From positions 3,215-67,214 of the forward strand of contig JAYRIM010000014.1 of assembly GCA_041906785.1 (NCBI GenBank): a stretch of 64,000 nucleotides of DNA. The letters are read 5' to 3'. Each line of letters opens with the position of its first letter. Position 1 is the first letter of the stretch. The stretch is from Candidatus Levyibacteriota bacterium (GTDB lineage Bacteria > Patescibacteriota > Microgenomatia > Levybacterales > UBA12049). The notes below the pieces were generated by a model. The model was not told where the DNA came from. It ran no database searches and was given only the letters and a program-made list of their open reading frames with translations. Shown one piece after another: positions 55,971 through 64,000 of this stretch. The position numbers and the translations under genes are program-made.

Positions 55971-57373
55971 ACTTCAATTCCTTCTGTTATATAAGAAAAA
56001 AAAGCTCTGAGATCCCGGGCAAGTAAAAAATTTCTTTCTCTTACTTGATCAATTAATTCAGCTTTCAATGTCTCAGTTTTCTGCTGCATTCTTCCTCTTG
56101 CTGAAGGATCTGCCCCTTTTCCATTTGTCATAAATTGTGTACTCAGTCGTGTCTTTTCATCTCTGAATATTTGTTGTATGTCTGCGAGTTCTAATAATAC
56201 TCTTTGTGTTGATCCAAGTGGTAGAAAGTTGACACCCCACAGATAAAGATTATTATCTGCTGGGTTTAGTACACAGTTTCTTTCTGGATCAAGTATACCA
56301 TTGGTTTGTAGCATTGAATTCCAATTGGAAATGTTTGGAACCTGGCCGGCTGCTAACTCTTTTCGAACATTCCTACCATTTCCTGTCAGACATTCAATAT
56401 ATGCGATAAACCCTGTATCGTTATTAAATCCCCTTTGATCCATGTATTTTCCTTTATCCCAGTAAATAGCCCGCCCCATTTCTTTTTCTGCTTCACTTTC
56501 TAATGCTGCATGCATAGCAGGTTCTACGACAAATGCCTTTTGATTTTGTATGTAGCCTTTTTGCCTTAGCATATCCAGATATGGTTGTGAATACATAGCC
56601 CAAACGAGAGAAGAAGATTGTAGAGTATTTTTTTGTCGTGGATTGGATGTTTCAAGTTTCTCGACAGTTAATCCTACTTGTCGTAGCATATCGTCTCGTG
56701 CTTTTTCTAAATCCTCCCAAATATCATCATCTACTACTCGTTGAAATATGACTCGATCTTTTCCAGTAACATATTCAATATATCGGGCAGTTAATTCTGC
56801 TTTTATTCTTTCTGCTGTCTCGACTGATAGTTCAAGTTCGTCTCTCTCTTCTGATGATAATTTTCCAAGAATTGCTTCCACTTTATCACTAAGTCGTTGA
56901 CTCCATAAACGGCGTTCTGAAATGACAGCATATTCCCGTGCGTTTACCGCTCCGACGCTTTCAATGATTTGATCGAATGCGATAGCTCGGGGAATCCAGT
57001 CTGCAACTTGACTAACGCTGCTCACTTTTTCTAGTTCTCCAGTTACCGGATTCATAATAACTCCTGCATTGGATATATTTTCGACATCTTTTGTTCTAAT
57101 TGCACACCACCCACCAGCCACAGCTAACTGTTCAGGGACAAGTGAACATCCACTATTCGGGTTAGATGCTATAAGTACTTTTGGTGCGAATTCACCTAGT
57201 AGAGTAGAGAACTCGCATTCATCACCTTCGAGTAGCGGTAGTTCTTTTCCATCTGGAAGCATACCGCGTTTTGCTAGATCAATTTTTCTTTGTAATAAGT
57301 TTTCTCCGCCAAGTGGTTGCCAAAGTCTTCTTTGGACATCGCTTGATGAGTATATTTTGTTATTTCTTTCCAT
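55967..57373 (-). CDS. hypothetical 469-aa protein co-transcribed with the DUF917-like gene
   Basis: Start set at ATG 57373 (MERNNK), which has a ggtgaaaa RBS; no motif recognised. Confidence 0.45.
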   Translation of the reverse strand: MERNNKIYSSSDVQRRLWQPLGGENLLQRKIDLAKRGMLPDGKELPLLEGDECEFSTLLGEFAPKVLIASNPNSGCSLVPEQLAVAGGWCAIRTKDVENISNAGVIMNPVTGELEKVSSVSQVADWIPRAIAFDQIIESVGAVNAREYAVISERRLWSQRLSDKVEAILGKLSSEERDELELSVETAERIKAELTARYIEYVTGKDRVIFQRVVDDDIWEDLEKARDDMLRQVGLTVEKLETSNPRQKNTLQSSSLVWAMYSQPYLDMLRQKGYIQNQKAFVVEPAMHAALESEAEKEMGRAIYWDKGKYMDQRGFNNDTGFIAYIECLTGNGRNVRKELAAGQVPNISNWNSMLQTNGILDPERNCVLNPADNNLYLWGVNFLPLGSTQRVLLELADIQQIFRDEKTRLSTQFMTNGKGADPSARGRMQQKTETLKAELIDQVRERNFLLARDLRAFFSYITEGIEV

Positions 57374-57596
57374 AGTTTTCACCACAAAAAAACCGCCTTT
57401 CAGCGGTGGTATTTTTGGTTTACGAACGTAAACACGATAAAACACACCGCCTAAGAGGAGGTATGCTTGTGTCCGTTTTTGTTAGTAATGCTATATGTCA
57501 TATTTCAGCCATTCTACTATAAGATGATAATGATGTCAACAGTATACATAAAGAAGAGCTTGACAGACAAGTGAAGAATAGAACTATAATAAGTTA

Positions 57597-58376
57597 ATGT
57601 CAAAGATCATATTTTTCCTGTCTGCATTAATCTCTCTTCTTTTTGTTCCGATTAGTTATGCGTATGCACAAAAAGGTGTTGATGATCTTCCAGAAGTAGC
57701 AGGGGATTATGCAGTTGAAGGGAAAAAGGACCTTCGAGTTCGTGTATTTGTTCATCCTCATAAAGAAAAAGACGCGTTTAAAAGTTCACCTGTAACGTTG
57801 GCTGCTTGTACGCCTGATGTAGAATCAAGCGCAACAGTCGGTCTTGCTGGTTGGCATTTACCAAGTGGTGCAACAGCGTATAGAGTAAATTACTCTACAG
57901 TGCCATCGAGCGTTGGTACTCTTTCAGCGAAAACAGCAATAGCTAATGTATTTTCTACATGGGATAATGAAATTGTTGCTGTGTCTTTTACAGAAGGTTC
58001 GCAGACATCGGTAACTCGAGCGAAATTAGATGGACAAAATGCAGTTTTTTGGAACAGGCTTTCTTCATCCACTCTTGCAGTTACATATGTTTGGTATAAC
58101 ACAACCTCACAAGAAGCAGTAGAGATAGACATGGTGTATAACAAACGTCATCCCTGGAAATATACACCATACACGAATAGCGCTTGCGGTGATTTAAATT
58201 CATATGATGTTCAAAATATCGGTACGCATGAGGTAGGGCATTGGATGGGTTTGGATGATATGTATGGATCTTCAGATGTCGATGTGACTATGTATGGATA
58301 TGGTGAAAAAGGTGAGTTAAAGAAAGATACATTAACGACAGGTGATATAAACGCTGTGAAAGTGTTGTATCCTTGA
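57597..58376 (+). CDS. secreted metzincin-like zinc metalloprotease (snapalysin/M7-like HEXXHXXGXXD)
   Basis: Signal peptide; HEVGHWMGLDD zinc-binding motif. Confidence 0.55.
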   Translation: MSKIIFFLSALISLLFVPISYAYAQKGVDDLPEVAGDYAVEGKKDLRVRVFVHPHKEKDAFKSSPVTLAACTPDVESSATVGLAGWHLPSGATAYRVNYSTVPSSVGTLSAKTAIANVFSTWDNEIVAVSFTEGSQTSVTRAKLDGQNAVFWNRLSSSTLAVTYVWYNTTSQEAVEIDMVYNKRHPWKYTPYTNSACGDLNSYDVQNIGTHEVGHWMGLDDMYGSSDVDVTMYGYGEKGELKKDTLTTGDINAVKVLYP

Positions 58377-58383
58377 ACTTATG

Positions 58384-59499
58384 CTATAACTCCTTAAAAT
58401 CCCTTGGGGTATCTGTTAACTGTTTAAGTGTATTATTTTCTATTACAAATAAGTCTTCAATTCTCACTCCTCCATAGTTTGGAATATAGATTCCCGGTTC
58501 TATAGAAAACACCATTCCTTCAGTTAGTATTTGTTTTGACACAGGTGAAAGAGTAGGGGCTTCATGAACTTGTAACCCAATACCATGACCTAGAGAATGG
58601 GGGATGGAGGGGTAGTCTTGGGAGAGAATATGATTTCTTGCGGCGGCATCTATATTTGATGCTATTATCTCCTTAGCTCCAGAGTTGTCGGTTATCAGTT
58701 GTCGGTTGTCAGCTAGATGCAAATGAATATAATCAATTGCTTTTTGTTGGGCTTCTCGAACAACATTATATATGCGTTTTTGTTCATCAGTTGCTTTGCC
58801 AAAAAATAGTGTTCTCGTCATATCTGAACAATAAGATTCAACTTTCACGCCAAAATCCAGTAACACCAGGTCGCTAGTCGCAAGTCGTTTGTCGCCTGTT
58901 TGGTGGTGGGGGATGGCGGCGTTTGATCCAAATGCCACAATTGGATCGAACGATAGTTCTGCTCCTTGTTCTAAAATAAAGATTTTCAGTTTTTTTGCTA
59001 ACTCTTTTTCAGTTATACCAGGTTTTATTTTTGTAAGAATGAAATTAAATCCCAAATCTCCAATACGACATGCTTCTGCTATTTTTTCAATTTCTTTATG
59101 TTCTTTCTGGATGCGAAGCGTGTGTAATTCTGCTGGTTTAGTATCAAGTACTATTTCTTGAATTTTCTTTAATTCATAAACAGTTATATCTTTTTCTTCT
59201 ATCCCTAATGTTTGTATATTGTTTTGTTCGCATAATTCAGTAAACACTTTCTGAAACTGATTTGTTGAAGATAGCTCGATAAGCTTTAAATGTCCTAAAG
59301 CATGTATTGCTGTTGTATATCGGCCGTCAGTGAGAACATATGCTTCTTTTGCTGTTATAACGAGATATGCTTCTCGTTCTTCAACAGAAAAGTTTGTATA
59401 TCCACTTAGATACGATATATTCGCAACAGAGGTGATAAGAAACGCATCAAGTTTCTGTTTGTCTAATAAGCGACGAACTTTTTCGATTCTATTATGCAT
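58384..59499 (-). CDS. pepP: Xaa-Pro aminopeptidase (M24B)
   Basis: Pita-bread fold metal ligands ...DFG..., HSLGHGIGLQVHE, C-terminal ...GVRIEDL. Confidence 0.85.
   Translation of the reverse strand: MHNRIEKVRRLLDKQKLDAFLITSVANISYLSGYTNFSVEEREAYLVITAKEAYVLTDGRYTTAIHALGHLKLIELSSTNQFQKVFTELCEQNNIQTLGIEEKDITVYELKKIQEIVLDTKPAELHTLRIQKEHKEIEKIAEACRIGDLGFNFILTKIKPGITEKELAKKLKIFILEQGAELSFDPIVAFGSNAAIPHHQTGDKRLATSDLVLLDFGVKVESYCSDMTRTLFFGKATDEQKRIYNVVREAQQKAIDYIHLHLADNRQLITDNSGAKEIIASNIDAAARNHILSQDYPSIPHSLGHGIGLQVHEAPTLSPVSKQILTEGMVFSIEPGIYIPNYGGVRIEDLFVIENNTLKQLTDTPRDFKEL
58679..58712. repeat. decamer-family repeat embedded in frame in pepP
   Basis: AGTTGTCGGTTATCAGTTGTCGGTTGTCAG encodes ...ADNRQLITDN... 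Confidence 0.45.
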
Positions 59500-59504
59500 G
59501 GCAG

Positions 59505-60320
59505 TTATCGTGGTGAAGGTTTTGGTGTAGAACTTTTTGGAGCAGAGTTATTTACTGGTGTAGAAGTGGGCTGAGTTTCCTGGAATTCTATTTTCGGGTT
59601 TCCTGGAAGTTCAGGAAAAATAATAAATCTGGAAGCTGTTATTCTATTCTTTTCCGTTTTACTGGAGAATCCTACGACATACACTCTACTTCCGGTTTCA
59701 ATACGAGAAAATCCTGATCGTTTAATATTGTCGTCCTCAGTATATGTAGATGTTTTTGTAACATTTTCGATGTCGATAGTGTACGATTTATCATTCTCAG
59801 ATAAAATCGTCACTGTAAAATTTGCCTTATCTACTGATTTAACAATACCTGTGATGAATACAGGTCCATTAGCGACGTCGATAAACCGTGCGAGAATCCT
59901 TTTCGATTGCTTATTATATAAGCCAATTGTACTGATTGTCATACCTTCTTTTATGTCAGAGATTCCGAATGATTTGGCTGTAGGGGATGAGAATTTTGTT
60001 AATTCGTCAACGTCTATTATGCGCACTTTCTGTCCTAGATCTTCTCCTGTGATTTTATTACCAGCAACTTCTTTAACGACTATAATAATTCCTCTTTTTT
60101 CTACTAACCGTAACTCTGCAACTTTTGAAGCGACTTTCTCTTTCAGATTATTTATTTGTTCTATTAGTTTTTCTTCTTTTTCCGCTTCTGTAGCCTTCGG
60201 TTCCGCAGTAGGCGTTGCAGCGTAGATGGGGCGTAGAGCTAAGAGCATAGAGCTTAGAGAAAATATAAGTAAGAAAGATAGCAATTTATGAATATTGATT
60301 TTTGATTTTTGATTTTTCAT
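59505..60320 (-). CDS. secreted hypothetical protein
   Basis: Signal peptide, coiled-coil, C-terminal Pro/Ser/Thr tail. Confidence 0.4.
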   Translation of the reverse strand: MKNQKSKINIHKLLSFLLIFSLSSMLLALRPIYAATPTAEPKATEAEKEEKLIEQINNLKEKVASKVAELRLVEKRGIIIVVKEVAGNKITGEDLGQKVRIIDVDELTKFSSPTAKSFGISDIKEGMTISTIGLYNKQSKRILARFIDVANGPVFITGIVKSVDKANFTVTILSENDKSYTIDIENVTKTSTYTEDDNIKRSGFSRIETGSRVYVVGFSSKTEKNRITASRFIIFPELPGNPKIEFQETQPTSTPVNNSAPKSSTPKPSPR

Positions 60321-60751
60321 TAGAATTCTTCAGTTGTGCTTGTTACTGTTCGTGTTTGTGTTTCTTCTTCGCCATTACTAAATATAGCAGTTACATGTAA
60401 GACATTTACGCCATCTTCCAGTGTATGCGTTAAAGTAAAATCTCCTTTTGTATTTGGAGTTACGACTTGATCTGATGATTGTGTAGAAATAATGACCAAT
60501 GTTCCTGGTGAAGTTTTTCCCGTAATCGTTATTAATCTTTTATCAAATACCTCTTCATCTTTAGGGTTTTCTACGATAAGGAAATTTGAGTCATTACTCA
60601 CAGATTTAGTTGGCTGAACAACTGTTGATTCCTTTTGTGTTTCAGGCTCGCTAATTGTTCTTGTCATTTGATAAATATAAAATGCGCCTCCGGCAACAAA
60701 AAGGCCAAGAATAATTGCTATAAATGACAAAATAATTTTTTCTTTACTCAT
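60320..60751 (-). CDS. membrane-anchored hypothetical protein
   Basis: N-terminal TM, Thr-rich; stop/start adjacent to the downstream gene. Confidence 0.4.
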   Translation of the reverse strand: MSKEKIILSFIAIILGLFVAGGAFYIYQMTRTISEPETQKESTVVQPTKSVSNDSNFLIVENPKDEEVFDKRLITITGKTSPGTLVIISTQSSDQVVTPNTKGDFTLTHTLEDGVNVLHVTAIFSNGEEETQTRTVTSTTEEF

Positions 60752-60754
60752 GTG

Positions 60755-60900
60755 AAGATGCGAAAATCGCGAATACGCATTTCCTTATTGTGCAATTCGT
60801 GTATTTCGCAAAGATTTCGTGTTTTTAGTGATAAATTCCCTGCTCGCAAATATCGCGAAACATAGCAGTAGAATGGAATTTATCGTAGCTGAATGATAAG
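60755..60900. repeat. family-4 repeat, second copy (in a divergent promoter region)
   Basis: ..CGAAAATCGCGAATACG..TATTTCGCAAAGATTTCGTG..TCGCAAATATCGCGAAACA..GAATGG. Confidence 0.4.
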
Positions 60901-60941
60901 GTATAATCATCCTATTGTCAAGAAATTAAGCATGTGTTAGG

Positions 60942-61469
60942 ATGTACGTTATGGAAATCTCCTTAGTATCTCCACATAGCATCAGAATAAAAAATAGACA
61001 AGGTTCTTTACTGATAAATCCTGGTGGTAAATCTATAGTAGCAAATGGTATTATCATCATGAAAAATGCTTCATTCGACTTGAAAAGCTTGGAGGAAGGA
61101 ACAGTTGTTATCCAAGGTGCTGGAGAATACGAATTTGCTGGAATAAAAATATCAGGTTTTAGAAATGGAGAGGACATTCTGTATAGTATCCGTACAGATA
61201 GAATAGAAATCCTTTTCGGTTCAATTAAAACATTGGAAAAAGATTATGCGAAATTGAAAGAACATCATATCGTTATCGCATTTGCTGATAGTGAGGCGGA
61301 TCCCTCATTTCTTACATCAGTCGCATCAAATGTGATTATATTTGTTGGTGAGAAAGCCGAAGGAACAATCAGTAAAATTGCTAAAGATGGATATAGAAAA
61401 GAATCTAAATACTCTATAACATTTGAAAAATTACCACAGGAGATAGAAGAGATACTACTAACTTCTTGA
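60942..61469 (+). CDS. hypothetical protein (possibly degenerate MBL-fold, UPF0173-like)
   Basis: LLINPGG...VVIQGAGEYEF pattern but no HxHxDH. Confidence 0.35.
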   Translation: MYVMEISLVSPHSIRIKNRQGSLLINPGGKSIVANGIIIMKNASFDLKSLEEGTVVIQGAGEYEFAGIKISGFRNGEDILYSIRTDRIEILFGSIKTLEKDYAKLKEHHIVIAFADSEADPSFLTSVASNVIIFVGEKAEGTISKIAKDGYRKESKYSITFEKLPQEIEEILLTS

Positions 61470-61470
61470 T

Positions 61471-61600
61471 ATTCAGTTATCAGTTTTCGGTTATCAGTTA
61501 TCGGAATTTAGGTCACCAGTTATCAGGTTGCCAGTCTGATAAACAGAAAACCGTTCAACTAGTATCTGAAAACAGACAACTGAAGACTGATAACTGAACT
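61471..61600. repeat. CAGTTnTC(A/G)G decamer-family element (direct then inverted units) upstream of dnaB
   Basis: CAGTTATCAGTTTTCGGTTATCAGTTATCGG ... CTGAAAACAGACAACTGAAGACTGATAACTGAAC. Confidence 0.55.
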
Positions 61601-62914
61601 ATGGCAACTCGAACCTTACCTCATAATGAAGAAGCAGAAAAAAGCGTTTTAGGTGCAGTTCTTATAGATAAAGATGCTATGATAACCGTTTCCGAGCTTC
61701 TTGTTCCTGAATGTTTTTATAATTCCACAAATGCAATTATTTATGAATGTATGTTAGTACTCTACGAGCAGAGGAAACCAATAGATTTATTAACAATAAC
61801 AGCAGAATTAAAGAAAAAAAAAGCGAATACAATAGACAGTGAATATTTTACAAGTCTTGTTGAAGCTGTACCGACAGCAGCAAATGTAGAACACTATGCA
61901 AGTATTGTCCGAGAAGCATACACAAAACGATCATTAATACGTGCAGGAACAGAAATCGCAGATTCAGCCTATGAAGATGGAAAAGATGTTAAAGAGGTAC
62001 TCGATAAAGCTGAATCAGCAGTTTTTTCTATTTCGCAACGTTTTATAACACGTGGTTTTATTCCGATAAAAGATACACTAACAGCAAGTTTCGATAAAAT
62101 TGACGAGCTTCATAGAAAAGGTGCAGGACTTCGTGGTATTAAAACTGGATTTGGAGACCTAGACACTGTTTTATCCGGGATGCAGAAATCAAATCTTATC
62201 ATATTGGCCGCACGCCCTGGGCAGGGAAAAACTGCAATTATGTTAAACATGGCTCAATACGTTGCAGTACATGAAAAAACTCCGATAGGCGTTTTTTCCC
62301 TCGAAATGAGTAAAGAAGAATTAGTAGATAGACTTTTAGTCGGACAGGCAGATGTCGATGCTTGGAGATTGAAAACCGGAAAATTATCAGAAGATGACTT
62401 TACTAAAATTTCAGAAGCGATGGGACAGTTAGCTGATGCGCCAATTTTTATTGATGATACTCCTGGATTATCTATCATGGAAATGCGTAGTAAAGCGAGA
62501 CGTTTACAGCTTGAACATAATATTGGATTAATTGTTGTTGATTATTTACAGCTTGTTGATCCTGGGAGACATTATGAGAGTAGAGTACAAGAAGTTTCTG
62601 CGGTTTCTCAATCATTGAAAAATTTAGCTCGTGAGCTAAATGTACCAGTTCTCGCCGCATCTCAGCTTTCTCGTGCAGTAGAACATAGAGGAGAAAGAAG
62701 ACCACAATTAGCAGATCTTCGTGAGTCAGGTGCAATAGAACAAGATGCAGATGTAGTGATGTTTCTCTACAGACCTGATGTAGAGGTGACAGGACCGACA
62801 ATACCAACCAAATTACTTGTTGCGAAACATCGTAACGGCCCAACTGATGAGATCGATTTGTTATTTAGGGGAGATAGAATAAAATTCTATAGTATAGATA
62901 AAAAGAGGGAATGA
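61601..62914 (+). CDS. dnaB: replicative DNA helicase DnaB
   Basis: N-terminal domain, Walker A GARPGQGKTA, ...IVVDYLQL..., ...ASQLSRAVE..., ...EQDADVV... Confidence 0.9.
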   Translation: MATRTLPHNEEAEKSVLGAVLIDKDAMITVSELLVPECFYNSTNAIIYECMLVLYEQRKPIDLLTITAELKKKKANTIDSEYFTSLVEAVPTAANVEHYASIVREAYTKRSLIRAGTEIADSAYEDGKDVKEVLDKAESAVFSISQRFITRGFIPIKDTLTASFDKIDELHRKGAGLRGIKTGFGDLDTVLSGMQKSNLIILAARPGQGKTAIMLNMAQYVAVHEKTPIGVFSLEMSKEELVDRLLVGQADVDAWRLKTGKLSEDDFTKISEAMGQLADAPIFIDDTPGLSIMEMRSKARRLQLEHNIGLIVVDYLQLVDPGRHYESRVQEVSAVSQSLKNLARELNVPVLAASQLSRAVEHRGERRPQLADLRESGAIEQDADVVMFLYRPDVEVTGPTIPTKLLVAKHRNGPTDEIDLLFRGDRIKFYSIDKKRE

Positions 62915-62917
62915 AAA

Positions 62918-64000
62918 CTAACGGTTAATTACTCGTTTCGTTGTGGGATGTATATGGACTAATAATTCATAAGGGATCACATCACATATTTTAGAAGCGT
63001 TGACTATAGAATTTTTATCATTTGATTGACTTGAAAATATAACGGCTTCATCTCCAATTTCTGCTTGTTTAATATCCGTAATATCAATAGTTGTTATATT
63101 CATGCTTACTTTTCCAATTATTCTGCAGTATATCCCGCGGACCTGGACATAGCCTTTATTTGATAACCTTCTATCAACGCCATCATTATATCCGATGGGG
63201 AGAACAGCGATAGTCATATCTTTAGTTGCAGTAAACGTAAAATCATATCCAATTTTTTCTCCTTTTTTTACTATTTTAATTTGAACTATTGTTGATCTGA
63301 GTTTAAGTACTGGTAAAAGATTTTTGTCTCTACCTTCAGGATCAATGCCGTACAAAGCAATACCTGCTCGCGCCACATTACTTAATGTTTGATACTCTTT
63401 ATTATATAAAATACCTAGCGAAGCGGGTAAATGAATGTATGTTGGGTTTACTCCTAATGTATGGAGTATCTTTTGGGCTTTAAGAAAATTTGTCACTTGC
63501 TCTTTGGTTTCTTTCTTACGTGGTTGATTTGCCATTCCAAAATGAGACATAAGACCTTCTATTTTTAGAGATAAAGATTGCGTCTTTTTTATAAATATAG
63601 GCAGTTCTTCAAGTGATACACCTTCCCTATGAAGGCCGGTATCAACGAAAATATGCACACCTGCATGAGGCTGATATTTTTTTATTCCTTCAAGCATCTC
63701 ATACTCGTATACAGCGAAAGAGAAGGGCAGCTTTTTAACACGAAGATTCTCAGGATTCACGTATCCCATTATCAGAATTGGTGTGCGAATATTTGCCTTT
63801 AACAGTTGATAGCCTTCATAAATACTATCCACACAGAAGAAAGGCGCCTGTAGATGATCAAGTATGTTTGCAATTAATGATATGCCATGTCCATATGCAT
63901 TGCTTTTTAAAACAGGAGCTATTTTTTTACCACTACTCATCTGTGTAAGGTATGAATAATTTTCTACGAGATTTTTTTCTGCAATTTCTACAGTATTTAA
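62918..64000 (-). CDS. alr: alanine racemase (5' end runs off the window)
   Basis: PVLKSNAYGHG PLP-lysine motif; reading frame stays open upstream of the annotated Met to position 64000 (…LNTVEIAEKNLVENYSYLTQ…). Confidence 0.8.
   Translation of the reverse strand, partial: LNTVEIAEKNLVENYSYLTQMSSGKKIAPVLKSNAYGHGISLIANILDHLQAPFFCVDSIYEGYQLLKANIRTPILIMGYVNPENLRVKKLPFSFAVYEYEMLEGIKKYQPHAGVHIFVDTGLHREGVSLEELPIFIKKTQSLSLKIEGLMSHFGMANQPRKKETKEQVTNFLKAQKILHTLGVNPTYIHLPASLGILYNKEYQTLSNVARAGIALYGIDPEGRDKNLLPVLKLRSTIVQIKIVKKGEKIGYDFTFTATKDMTIAVLPIGYNDGVDRRLSNKGYVQVRGIYCRIIGKVSMNITTIDITDIKQAEIGDEAVIFSSQSNDKNSIVNASKICDVIPYELLVHIHPTTKRVINR

Noticed and set aside
1-64000. tRNA, rRNA or tmRNA genes in intergenic regions
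   Set aside because: I found no GTTCGAATC/GTTCAAATC-type T-arm with a suitable acceptor context. I found no 16S/23S-like conserved blocks. The structured elements seen are short dispersed repeats instead.

Overview
This 64 kb window is low-GC (under 40% by eye) bacterial chromosomal DNA. Genes are densely packed, mostly short, and many are hypothetical. The content and the S6-ssb-S18 cluster without L9 suggest a small-genome, possibly CPR-like organism, but that is inference. Recognisable core genes include htpX, ychF, rpsF-ssb-rpsR, ctpA, htrA, prfA, rpmE, hisS, pepP, dnaB and alr (truncated at the window end), plus two msrB copies. There is one OmpR/sensor-kinase pair, two orphan sensor kinases (one with multiple PAS domains), a MazE-like/Doc toxin-antitoxin pair, a Fic protein, several Nudix hydrolases, and transporters (MFS, EamA, AI-2E, Kef/CPA2). 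No rRNA, tRNA or CRISPR array was recognised. The less ordinary content is as follows. (1) Three GC-rich segments (17.8-18.6, 19.4-20.9 and 22.7-23.7 kb), each carrying a single orphan gene, sit between low-GC host genes in a hotspot that also holds duplicated msrB and a membrane-inserted, possibly split Cas4-like nuclease. (2) At least five families of short dispersed repeats occur. One appears to be inserted in frame inside coding sequences (the GIY-YIG motif of an exonuclease fusion gene, and pepP). Two others show terminal inverted repeats or compensatory base changes. (3) A conserved hairpin/anti-RBS element lies upstream of two small envelope-protein genes. (4) Several operons of uncharacterised proteins are present: a DUF917-like protein with a 469-aa partner, a 785-aa orphan between CtpA and HtrA, and a 255-aa protein in the position normally held by L9. 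(5) Intragenic and promoter-proximal tandem repeats occur: a 21-nt x 7 coiled-coil repeat, and a GTTACAA heptamer array between fic and rpsF.
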